Assembly (NCBI GenBank): GCA_028534125.1
Contig: CM052816.1
Coordinates: 94,304,001 to 94,368,000 of the forward strand
Origin: Lama glama
Taxonomy: Eukaryota
Length of the DNA stretch: 64,000 bases
Direction: 5' to 3'
Shown piece after piece: positions 52,471-64,000 of this stretch. The notes beneath the pieces are model-generated. The model was not told the DNA's origin. It worked only from the letters and a program-made list of their open reading frames with translations, and searched no databases. The position numbers and the translations under genes are program-made. Within the stretch, counting starts at the first letter, position 1, and every line of letters begins with the position of its first letter.

Positions 52471-53752
52471 TTATTATCCTTGATGCATATTTTAATTTAC
52501 TGACTTTTCACCCAATTGCATGAGGTTGCTGCAAGAGCGAAGGCAAAAACACATCAGAAAATGTGAGACTGGTAAGTACAAATATACAGTAGTATTTAGG
52601 GAAAGAATGACAGCAAATTTGCTTTCTGTGGGGCTAATGAGTTATCCTGTATTGTACCTTCTAATAATGAGTACAGAAGTTTAAACCATTACAGATGCAA
52701 AAAGGCATCCAAATAAATATTCCTTACCCAGAAAGACATGGAGGCACACGGCAGCGGGGAAAACCCATCTGCTTGGATCCTAAGTGTTTATTTCATTTCC
52801 TGTCACTCATTCACTGGAGAAAAGATGGTATAACATCTAATTTTGTGAATGACTGAAGTTTATGATTCTCGCTCTCCCTCCTGGTTTACAAGTTACCATC
52901 TTTTCCATTCTGTTGAAAAATCAGCATTCCTTGCGGGCGAAGATGTTTAAGTATGTTTTCATATTGTAAATTAATTCTAAGTACTTAAAAAATAGTCGAA
53001 ACAGAGATGAGCGTACAGATGACAAAGCAAACCGAAGCGAGAAAGAAAGACACATTCTCACAGCAAGACTCCAGTCCTCTCATTGATCTGAGGCTCCTCT
53101 GATCCCTTCCAGCGCAGAGCATCTCCGTGCACAATTTAGCCCTGATTACACAGCGCCTTGTATCAGTAGCTGTTGCATTTCAGGCTCACAAACTATTTTT
53201 TTTCTCAGTTTAGCTCACATACTAACTGTGTTTTCAGCAGACTGATTGAAAAACTAGAAACCCAATGGATGTATTAAAATGCAGTGAGAAATGATGGTGC
53301 TTAGTAATTTTGAGGACCTCCGTTGGCTTTTTTACTCATCCTTTCTCCAGAAGAAAAATGCTTTGGGAAACAGAATTAATTTTGAAAGCTTGACTGTGAA
53401 TAAAAGTGGGACGAATCTTGAATAGAACAGATGAAGGCTCAGCCGCCCGCAGGTGGGCGTCACCCGGCAGGTTGACTTGCAGCAGGTGGGCAGGCTTCCC
53501 CGTGCTCAGCCAGCGAGCGTGGAGGAAACCACAAAACAGTGAGCCTCACACCTCTCGCTGTATTTCTTATCAATCAGTTTAAAATAATGTCACGCCATGA
53601 GTATTGGAGTCAGGATGGAACTAATGCTATTTTAGTGAAAGCTTTCTTGGGGGAAGTGAAACCTAGGAATAGCCCTAGTGTTGGAAGGCAAACGCTGGCG
53701 AGATGATACAGGTGTGGAGAAACAGTAGGACTGACTGATGGACTGGATACTC

Positions 53753-54186
53753 TGTATTAGTTTGCTAGGCTGCCGTAACAAAGTACTGCACGCTAGGTAG
53801 CTTCGAACAACAGAAATTTATTTTTTCACAGTTTTGGAAGCCAGAAGTGTGAAATCAAGCCGTGCCCTCTCTGAAGGCAGAAGGAAAGGATCTGTTCCAG
53901 GCCCCTCTCCCAGCCCCTGGTGGTTTCTGGGCTGGTGGCAGCACAACCCCAGTGTTCACCTGGCATTCTTGCTGTGTGTGTCTGTGTCCAGTTTCTCCTT
54001 TTCATGAGGACGCCCATCATCTCGGAATGGGTGGGGCGGGGGCGGGGCTCACCCTACTTCAGTATGACCTTCTCTTGATTAATTACATCTGCCGTGACCC
54101 TATTTCCAAATAAAATCACTGTCTGAGATATTGGGTTAGGACTGAACGTGTGAGTTTGGGGGAGGACACCATTTAACCCATAACCA
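53753..54186 (-). mobile_element. MaLR solo LTR, MLT1B/C-like
   Basis: tgtattagtttgctaggctgccgtaacaaagtac...accctatttccaaataa...ggacaccatttaacccataac. Confidence 0.9.
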
Positions 54187-56224
54187 ATACAGTGTGTGAA
54201 AATAAAGAGTCAATAATGAGGCGACTGGAAGAATGGAATTGCCCTTTGATGGGAAAGAGAAGACTGGGAGGAGGTAGAAGGGGAAAATCAGATGTGGGGC
54301 CCCAGAGATTGATATTAACGGGTCCATGTAAAGAGTGTATGTTTAGAGTGAAGGTCAGGGGTCCCATAAACCAGTAAAATAGTAAAGGATGAAGTAGTTA
54401 TTTAATTCTCTGTCTCTGGAAATGAATGTCAGTAATGTGTGGGGGAAATTATATTGATTGCAGAAGATAATTTTTAAGTATCCCAAGCATTCAAGATTTT
54501 TCTTAATGTGCATCAAGGGTTAATCATGGTATGTATTAAAGAGTTTTGCAAATGTGGACTGTGGTTTTTTTTTCCTAAATAAATGTAGCTTATGCACTTT
54601 CTCCCTTTCTTAGTTTATCATTTCAAGTCTTTGTTGGCAAGAGTTTATTGGCTGTGAGCGGGCTCTGGCAAGGAAGCTTTCCTTGGGGAATGAGGAAGTG
54701 GAAACAGAATAGAGGCATTGTGCACTGCTAGGGTATTTTTCTTTTAAGAGGACATTGTTGTTTTATTGGTGGAAGTAACCATGGAATTTGACAATTAAAA
54801 GAAAGAATAAGCAAAATTCCAGGCGACAAGAAGTGAGGATTTTATAAAAAGCCATGTCGAGCATGAATAGCATCGTGAACACTCAATTCATTGGCCTTGA
54901 TACGCTTCCTCTTAGACCCCTGCTGTAATCATTTTTAAATTCCGGAAAGCTTTCACACTCATACAGAAAGAGAGAGGGAAGAAGGGTTTCAGGACTTTCT
55001 CTCTCTCTCTCACAGTAGCAGACCATGTAAGAGTAAAATATTCATGTATTCTTTGAGTTAACCAATATTTTTGAATTCTATGAAAATAGAAAGCAAAACA
55101 TAAGCATCAGAGCTAATTTGTTAGTAACACATTTTTGTGCCGATAATCATTAATGATGGATTTTAATATAGCCACATTTAGACAATTGAAAAATATGTGG
55201 ATATATGTTTTAAAGAAAATTGGATCTTGGTATCTATAGCCATCAGCATTGCTCAACAATTTTTGAGGGTGAAACATTGCAATAACTATTATCTGTCCTT
55301 CCTAACTATGTAATTAGATCCCCGAGTTTGGCAGGAGGACTCTCATTTAAATTGATTATCAGAGGAGAATAAAACCTTTGAGACTGCATGGTCTGGAGAA
55401 GAGAAGAGAGAATTGATGGTGAGGAATTCTGGTTTCATTCCCAGATTTAGAATAGTTCCATCATATGACTTGGAGAGCAAGTCAATTAATTCTATTTGTA
55501 GAATGTTAAATGCAGTCACCCACTTTCTTGGCGTGATATCTTTGATCCTGTTTGACCAGAGTGAAACCAGCATGACTGCATTTTGCTTGCCTAGTCTGTC
55601 AGATCAGATCTGTATTATATAGTGATGAACTTAGCTGTACTCTTCAGTCAGAAAATAGGGAGTGACGAGGCAGATGCAATTCTGAAGGTTGAGATTGGCA
55701 TTAGTCAAGAAAGGTGCAGATCCCAAGTTTTAGCAGGAATGAATTGGTAGCATAAATGTGAGATACCAGGCAGGCAGGAATCTCAGTACCCAAGGTGCTT
55801 TTCCATGAACTGCTTTCTTGGCAAAATTACTTTGGAGATTATGACTTGCCTAGTGTTACTGTGCCCCCAAGAAATTGTGCTTCTATGGCAACATTTGCTA
55901 AAAACATTATCAGATAGATTCTAGCAGATAACATTACACCCATTACCCAATGACTGAATGAGCATCTGATATAATTTTAGTAACGCTTTACCACCATTCA
56001 CCATTATACCATACGTGACCACATTTCTCTGTCCCCTTCCAGCCATTTCCCCATGTGTTGTGCTTGGTGCTCAGTTCAGAACAGGTTTCTATTTTCAAAC
56101 TTGCTCAAATTACATTTGACTTAACATCAGTATTTTCTTGTTGCTGGCACTGCACCATCTTCCTCTTGGTTTATTCCGTTGACAACCTGAATCTCCACAC
56201 CATTCCTTGGTTCTGGTCCACAAG

Positions 56225-56672
56225 ACACCCTAGGGCTGCCATAACAAGGTAACTCCAACTGGGTGGCTTAAAACAACCGAAATGTGTTACCTTAGAGTTC
56301 TGGAGGCAGGAAGTCTGAAATCAAGGTGTTGGCAGAGCCATGCTCCCTCCTGAGCCTCTAAAGGAGGCTCCTTCTTTGCCTCTTCTGGTGTCTGGTGACC
56401 TCAGATGTCCTTGGCTTGTAGATGCATCACACCAGTCTCTGCCCCTGTCATCACCTGGTGTCTCCCTGTGTGCCATTGTCTTCACTTCACCTTCCTTCTT
56501 TTATAAGGACGCCTGTCCTATTGAATTAAGAGCCCACCTTACTCCAGTGTGAACTCACCCTAACTAATTATGTCTGCAAAGGTTCTATTTCCAAATAAGT
56601 CACATTCACAATCATTGCAGAGGGGGTGGCCCTCAACATATCATCTTGGGGGACACAGTTTAACCCAAATAT
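56225..56672 (-). mobile_element. MaLR solo LTR, MLT1B/C-like
   Basis: ctagggctgccataacaag...gggtggcttaaaacaacc...gttctggaggcaggaagtctgaaatcaaggtgttggcag...gggggacacagtttaaccc. Confidence 0.9.
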
Positions 56673-57339
56673 CACTTTTGTGAGTGGTATTTGTACATTT
56701 CCTTTGTAAACTGTATGCATCACTTGACATGCAGAGGTCAAGGCCACCACATCCAAAGAGACAAATGCTATGTCCACGTTCATCAGAAAGAATCATCACA
56801 TCACGATTTACAGAGAATCTTGTATGCACCAGGTGCTCTGGGAGGATTACCTTGCTCAGTCCTTTCAGCAGCACACAGAGGATGTATGTTCCTTTTCCAG
56901 AGTGGGGTAAGTCTCATTCACACAGTAATGGGCCACTTCAGATCTGATTCAAAAGCCGGTGTTCATTCTGCAGCTGAATGACACAGCCACTCAACCCCGA
57001 GGGGCTCCAGGACTGCATATTAAAATGTCCTTTAAAAAAGCAGTGGTGAGCATCTGGTGGGCACTATGTGAGTGAAACATAGTGTAGGGGTGGGGGGTGC
57101 AGAGGGCATCAAGCTGGTGACACTGTGCGATTCGAGTTGGCTAACCTAGTGAAGGTTATAAGGTTATTTTAGAGAAATTGAATTTTATGGGAAGCTATAC
57201 AGGACCCCAATGCCCAAGCCAGGAATGGAAAACAGTGAGTGAAATGGTAACTCAACTTCACTTTTAAGCATTGGAGCGAAAAAAACCCTAAATAAGATTC
57301 AGTCATATAAATGTAAAATGATCACAGTGAAGTGAGTTT

Positions 57340-58660
57340 TCTTTCAGATGCAAGGATGGCTCAGTATTAGAAAACTAATGAGATCTAGTGTATATGAATA
57401 TTAATCAGAAGAAAAGCCTGTGGCCATCTCTACAGATGCCTTTACATTTGATGAAATATGATACCCAGTCATAATTAAAAAATAATTATTTGAGCAGAGT
57501 AACCTGGCAGGAAAATTCTTTAACTTCCTGAGCAGTTAACAGTCAAGAATTTCATATTTAGGAGTGCCATATTAGAAGCACTTCCATGCAAATCTGGACT
57601 ACTATGCCTTATATCCCTGTGATAGTCAACATTATCCTTCAGGTATTAGGCAATCCTAAACGTAGAAGGTCAGAGGGTGGGGAAGCAAGAGACATGCCAT
57701 TGTTTATAGATTTCATCATCATATACCCAGAAAACACAAGGAAATAACCAACAAGCTGCTATAACTAACAAAGTGAGTCCAGTAAGATTTCCAGATCCAA
57801 TCTCAAAACACAGAAATCAATAGCTTTCTTGTATACCAGCCATAAATAACTAGAAACTGTAAAGCGAAGTCTCTTCTACAAAAACAATAAAAGCATAGGA
57901 TGCACATATCTTAGGTGACACAACCCTAACCAAAAAAGTTCTGCAAAATTTTGGGGGAGATAAATATTGAATTTCATAGTCGTTCATAGCAAAGACCAGA
58001 GGAAAGGGTATATGTGTCAAGTTTATGAAAGACAAGGCTCACTCTAAAATCCTTGCATATAAAAGAGAATTCTTTCTGATATACAGACTCTATGCTCTTC
58101 CATTCAAAAGCTCTAAGGTTTTTCGGGAATGGCAAAATATTGATTCAAAAAAAAATCACATGTAAATATAAATGAACAAAACAATCCAAGACAAAAAATC
58201 AGAATAAGAGGAAAACATGAGCAGGTACTGTGCTAGTTTTTTCCATTAATTACCTTATTATGTCCTTAAGAGAATAATATAAAGATGAGAAATAGACTTC
58301 TACATGTATGAGAATTTCATTTATGGGAGGGACAGAAAAAGAGACTTTTTCGGTCAGTGCTTCTGTCCGAATGTTGTGTCGTTGGCTGTCTGTATGGATA
58401 AATGAAGTAAAAGTAGACTTCTACCTGCACACTATGAACAAACATAAATTCCGGCTTGATTAAAGGCCTGAATGATTTAAGTGGTTAAAATATTAGGTAA
58501 AGTTATGGAAATGTTTATTAACTTTGCATATTTAATATCCTTATGGCATTAAACATGAAACGAACAACACATTTAAGTATTGAGAAATCCAACCATATCC
58601 ATCCTTAGATCTTCTAGAGAGAGAGAGAAAGAAACATTTTCATAAGTGAGGTTAAAAGTC
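57340..58660 (+). mobile_element. Ancient L1 ORF2 remnant (L1ME-like)
   Basis: atgcaaggatggctcagtattagaaaa, cagaaatcaatagctttcttgtataccagc, aacataaattccggcttgattaaagg. Confidence 0.8.
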
Positions 58661-59578
58661 AAGGGGACATGCAAATTAAAACAACAGTGAGATACTGCTG
58701 CTCATCTAGTAGAATGGCCCAAATCCAGAATACTGGTGACACCAAATCCTGGTGAGGATGTGGAGCAACAGGAGCGCTTTTTTGTTGCTGGTGCAGATGC
58801 AAAAGGGCACAGCCACTTTGGAAGACAGTTTGTCCTTTTGTTACAAAGCCAAGCATACTCTTACCGTGCGACCGAGCAGCTGTGCTCCGTGGTGTTTACC
58901 CAAAGGAGCTGAAAACACGTCCACACAAAACCCTGCATGTGGATGTGTGCAGCTGTATGCATAATTGCCCAAACCTGGAGACTGCCAAGACGTCCTTCAG
59001 TAGGTGAACGGATAAATTAAGTGTAGTGCATCCAGGCAGTGGAATATTATTCAGCGCTAAAAAGAAATGACCTGTCAAGCCATAAAAAGACATGGGGAGG
59101 ATACAAATGTGTATTACTTAGTGAAAGAAGGCAACCTGAAAAGGCTGTATTTTATGATTCCAACTATGTGACATTCTAGAAAAGGCAACACTATGGAGGC
59201 AGTAAAAAGATCAGTGGTTGCTAGGGGGTCCGGGAGGGAGGAATGAGTAGGTGGAGCACAGAGGATTCTCAGGGCAGTGGAAATACTTTGTGTGATCCCA
59301 TGATAGTGGATACATATAATGACATATGTGTCCAAATCCAGAGAATGTGTAACACCAAGAGAAAACCGTAAGGTGAACTGTGGACATTGGCTGATTCTGA
59401 TGTGCCAGTGTCAATCCAGCCATTGTAACAAATGTACCACTTTGCGGGAGGATGCTAGAATGGGGAGACTGCGTGTGTAGGTACAGGGGATGTATTGCAG
59501 ATCTTTGTTCCTTCCCCTCACATTTGCTATGAACCTTAAACTTCTCTAAAAACATTGATTCTTAATTTAAAAAAAAGG
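58660..59578 (+). mobile_element. L1MC-like 3' end nested in older L1
   Basis: atgcaaattaaaacaacagtgagatac...gagcacagaggattctcagggcagtggaaatact...gaatgtgtaacaccaagag...tgaaccttaaacttctctaaaa followed by an A tail. Confidence 0.88.
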
Positions 59579-59599
59579 GACTGATGGGAATATATACTT

Positions 59600-60240
59600 A
59601 TAAAAGCAAAGAATGAATACCACGAGTATGTAAAGGACTCCCATGAATGAATTTTCAAAAGTCACACATACTAATAAAAAGGAAACAGAGATGGACGGCA
59701 CATGTAAGAAGAGATGCTCAGCCTTGCTTGCATTCTGAAACTGCAGATTAGAAGGAAATACTGTTTTCAGCCATCGAGTTGACAGTAGTGTTGGAAAATA
59801 CAAAGATCAGCTGCAGGTGTGGGAACTCCAGGGACTCTAGGTGCAGAACAGCCACGTGGGAGGACACTTTGGCAAGAGGCTTCTAAATTTGACATCTGCA
59901 TCACTCATCCTCCAGCAATTCGACGTCTTTATCTCTTCCCTAGATCAGTCATTCTAAGTGTAGCCCCATTCTAGCAGCATCAGGACCACTTGGGATAATG
60001 TTAGAAATGCAGTGTCCAGCTCCACCCTGGGTATACCCAGTCAGTAATTAATGGTTCAGCAGGTCCTGCCAAAATTTGATGAACACTATTATGGCCATTA
60101 TTAGGGACATAATAAGGGCTGACAGAGCCCACTAGATACTACAATTAAGAAAATATGGCATAGATCTTCATGCCTTGCTGTGCCAAGATATATTGTTTCC
60201 CACAAAGCAGGCTATAGACCAGGGCATGAGGAATAGCCAT
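59600..60240 (+). mobile_element. Continuation of the ancient L1, interrupted by MER5A (~59945-60090)
   Basis: aagagatgctcagccttgcttgcattc; MER5A motif ctagcagcatcagg...tgttagaaatgcag. Confidence 0.6.
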
Positions 60241-60419
60241 TTGTGTAAGTGGTTCTGGTAAGACTTGAATCTTAACCTGAAATGATTCCATTCGTTATAA
60301 AGGAGAAAATATTACGTATCATGTACGTAATTAAAATGAACAACAGAAGGCCTTACTGAGAGTGACTAGCCCAGTGTAGACCAAATAGAACCACTGTTTT
60401 TCCAACTGGACCATGTCTG

Positions 60420-61430
60420 GAATGGTCTCCAAATTGGGGTGTGCCCATTCCAAAGAGTACTTGTTGGGCTCTTGGAGACAATATTAGATGTTCTGCTTAA
60501 ATGTACAGTTTTTGTGCCCTCAGACAAGAAAAAAAATGAACTTTGTAGATTTTAACTGTGCGCTGACAAAGGGGCCTTTGCTGGCCCTATACATCAGATG
60601 GTTGCAGGCTTTTTGGAGCAGGCACGATGGACGAGGGAAGAGTTGGAATTCCACAGTGAAGTGATGCGCCTCAGTGGTTGTTCACTGCCTTGGGCTTATT
60701 CGGTTTAAAAGGTTTAATGGAACATGTTCTTTTGATATCTCAGAAACTTGATGATACTTTGCAATTGCTAGTGAGGGTAAAAAAATTGCATATTGTAATT
60801 GTATATTGTATGATCACAGTTTAAACTATCACTGATGGACAAAGTTCCAAACTTCACAATTCCGAAAGAAAAAGCTTCAAGTTGCCCTGAATTTTTCTAT
60901 GATGACAGGTGGCTGTAAGCAATATGCTGCCTATTTGAAAAGAAAACCCATTTAAAACACTGGATATTTACAAGTGGCCTTTAAAAAGTGAAGAGTAAGT
61001 TAGCTGCTTTTGTAAGTGCATTATTCCTCTAGAAAGAGCATTTTGAATGTTTGAAAGAATTTGGAATGTTTGATCGTTGCATGATTTTATTGCTAAAATC
61101 GTGTAAGCCATCATATATATTTTTTCATGTTTGCTTACTTAACCAAACTTGAAAAATAAATGTTCTAAACATTTGGGAGTATTCAAACACAATTTTATTT
61201 GTACTTTGGACCCACTGGTTCAAAATTTTTGATGTGAGACAGCTGAACAATTGGATGACAGGAGTGGGAATGAAAACACCACTACTTCAAGTTCAACAAA
61301 CTATACATTGATCATAATAAATAATAGTTAACTTTAGTCAGTTGCAAATGTAATTGAGCAAGCATATGCAGGAAGGAGCGCCCCATCTCTGAGTTTACCT
61401 CTCTCTGCTACTGTCTTCAATGCTGATGTC
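60420..61430 (+). mobile_element. hAT/Charlie-like DNA transposon fossil with a transposase remnant
   Basis: tggtctccaaattggggtgtgc end-like motif; gatgacaggtggctg...gcctatttg resembles the hAT DxxW..xAYL region; no intact ORF. Confidence 0.5.
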
Positions 61431-61639
61431 TAATAATTCTACATCAAGCCTTCCAAAAGTGTCCTTCTCCTTTCCTGTCTGTCCTCCTCATGTTCTCTCA
61501 CTTGGGCTGACGTTATGGTAGTTGTTGACAGGGCATGGGTTTTGTGTGTAAGCCTTGGTTCACAGCCACTGTGGTCCCCTGCCAGGGCTTCAGTCATGTG
61601 CATGTGCTGTAGGATGCTATGATCATTTTTTATGAAGTT

Positions 61640-61960
61640 TATTCCATTCATTCAGATTTTCAGCAAACACAGACATCTACTGGGGACCGGCATACCTAGG
61701 ATGGACAAAATATAATTCCTTCCCGCAAAGAACTGGCGACCTTGGGAGGAGACAGTTAATGCAATGGCAGTAAACTTAGTTGTTGGGGGAATCTGGGACC
61801 ATATGGCTTATGTGACCCACTGGGAGGAGGCATCAAGGAAGGCTTCCAGGAGAAGTAGAACTGGCCAGTTGGAAACGGAGGACGTTCTAGGAACATACAA
61901 AGGCAAGAGAGGAAAAAACAGTGAAGCTTCCAGCGAAGAGGCTGCCGTTTTCCCTGCTCT
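61640..61960 (-). mobile_element. L2 3' region
   Basis: ttattccattcattcagattttcagcaaac...catcaaggaaggcttccaggagaag. Confidence 0.75.
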
Positions 61961-62025
61961 GGTAGAAAGCGACCAGCACTTGATGAAACCTCCTGGTGTT
62001 AGGCAGTTTTTACGACTACCTTCTA

Positions 62026-62142
62026 ACCCTGTGGTTCTCAGCCCTGGCTGGGACCCAACCCCAACACCACTGAATCCGAAACTCAGGTGGGGGGCCCAGG
62101 CACTGGATTTTTACAAGATTAGTTAACTCCGAGGGCCTGAGA
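62026..62142. mobile_element. MER5-type fragment
   Basis: ctgtggttctcagccctggctg...actgaatccgaaactcaggtgggggcccaggcactggatttttacaag. Confidence 0.7.
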
Positions 62143-62227
62143 AATTTGTCTATAGGGTGTCTGAATTTAATGCTCTTTTGATGTTGCATGGCCTCCTTAC
62201 ATTAACGTTTATTTATTTCAGCAGGTA

Positions 62228-62754
62228 TCCACTGCACTCTGGTTTTTTAATTTTTTTTTTATTGAAGTGTTGTTGATTTACAGTGTTAGTTTCAGGTGTA
62301 TGGCAAAGCATTTCGGATATATATATATATATATTACACACACACATATTTTCAAATTCTTTTCCATTATAGTTTATTATAAGAAATTGAATATAGTTCC
62401 CTGTGCTATACAGTAGGTCCTTGTTGTTTATCTATTTTATATGTAGTAGTGTGTATATGTTAATCCCAAACTCCTAATTTATCCCTCCCCCCTGACTTCC
62501 CCTTTGGTAACCATAGTTTGTTTCCATGTCCGTGAGTCTGTTTCTGATTTGTAAACAAAATTTGTTTCTTTTTTTAAAGATTCCACATGTAAGTGGTATC
62601 ATATGATATTTGTCTTTCTCTGTCTGACTTCACTTAATATGATCGTTTCTAGGTCCACCCATGTTGCTGCAAATGGCATTATTTCATTCTTTTTTATGGC
62701 TGAGTAATATGCTATTGTATGTATATACCACATCTTCTTTTTCTACTGCATTCT
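62228..62754 (-). mobile_element. Artiodactyl/camelid L1 3' end with a degenerate 13-bp TSD
   Basis: TSD tccactgcactct (62228-62240) / tctactgcattct (62742-62754); ttccctgtgctatacagtaggtcc; catgttgctgcaaatggcattatttcattc. Confidence 0.92.
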
Positions 62755-64000
62755 TGAGTTAGTTGTTTTCAGACCTTGGTTTTTGCTGGACTTGAAGGCA
62801 GTACTCGTATGATTTGAGCAGAGTATTAAAGATCGTTAGTACTGTCTTGAGCATAAAGTTATTAGTCTGATTGAATGTGCAGGAATTAATAGCCAGACCG
62901 TGAAAGTCCTGAATTCCATGCTAAGATATTTAAAATGTAAATTGATGAAAAAAGTGGATAATCAAACTGAGCAAAACCACCTGGAGTCAAAAATTAGATG
63001 TGGCCATCAGATACTGACTTCAGCTTAAAATCTGCTGAAAATACTTTTAAATTGGGTTTGAACAAGAGAAATGTAGTTGGATTTTCAGCATATTTTCTCC
63101 AAACACAGTAAACTCAAAGGAAGCAGCGTTCTACAGATGAATATCTGCTGTGTATTTGTTGCGAAATTGGTCATTAATTCATAGAGCCCTGTCAATACAT
63201 ATTAATTTCTTTACACTTCCCTGTATAAGTGCATTAGAAATGGGACATGTTCTCAATAGGAAGTAGAGATATTCTCCCAACAAAATGCAACTGTATTTTG
63301 TGATTTACTTTCACCTTCCTTACTGAAACTCCAAAAAGAGCCGTATGAAATAATCTTCAAAGAAATAATCCTTCCTGACGCATCTTGAAACCAGCGTCTG
63401 TGTTCTTCAGGCATGCACACGCACAGATATGTGTACACATATACTAAGAATGCTGGGAATTTGTGCAAATCCAATGCTTTCTGCTATAAACAGCCAAAAT
63501 TTTCCAATGGAGTTTCAGTCCTCCTTTCTGTTAATTAAAATTTTTGAAATGCACCAAATCCAGCCTACCGAGAAATAAAAACTAAGCTTCATAAATGCTC
63601 TACGTAATTAGATCGATTGCAGATGAGATTAGAGTAGTCATAACTGGAGAACCTATTTCGCAGTGTAGCTGTGGTGGCCAAATGGCATACACGTGAGTCC
63701 CTAGAAAAGTGGCAGAAATACAGTGTTTAATAAATCATGAATTATGACTATTGGTATTGTTGCATTTATTTGGCCTGTGATGTATGTTCACTCTCAGATC
63801 TGTTTCTGAGTTGCTAATGCAGTTGGAAACATTTTGTATGTCTTATGAGCAGACTTTTCAATCTAGGTGTATGTATGCATAACAATTTTGCTTAGTTCTA
63901 TTTAACCAGAAAAGTGTGTAAAGATAGCATTAAGTTAAGAAAAGTTATTAGTAATAATAAAGACTCCCATTAAAAAATTTTTTTCAACATCTCAAATAAG

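Noticed and set aside
1..64000. CRISPR arrays, operons or prokaryotic defence systems
   Set aside because: The sequence is eutherian repeat-rich genomic DNA, with no regularly spaced repeats or gene-dense coding regions.

Overview
This is mammalian, non-coding, repeat-rich DNA (intronic or intergenic) with two 500-N assembly gaps (6704-7203 and 45282-45781). The tRNA-derived SINEs (GGGGAGGGTATAGCTCAGTGG..., Vic-1-like) and the young L1 3' ends (...GCATGACTGGGACATT...GCTGTACAC...GAAATTGACACATTGTAACTGAC...) point to a camelid (camel/alpaca) genome; that is an inference from repeat recognition. No protein-coding gene can be supported: the ORFs are L1 ORF2 remnants, N-gap artefacts or random short frames. 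The window holds many eutherian repeats (L1 of several ages, L2, MIR, MaLR MLT1 solo LTRs, MER20/MER33/MER5 hAT elements, a Tigger-type MITE, a Charlie-like transposase fossil), several nested with visible target-site duplications. Subfamily names come from memory of consensus sequences and boundaries are approximate. I found no convincing novel multi-gene system. The most unusual feature is a 91-bp inverted copy (88/91 identical) of part of the ancient MER33 at 17.7 kb, inserted 20 kb away inside a young L1 3' end and flanked by a ~60-bp L1 duplication. It looks like local templated capture by RT template switching or repair synthesis.
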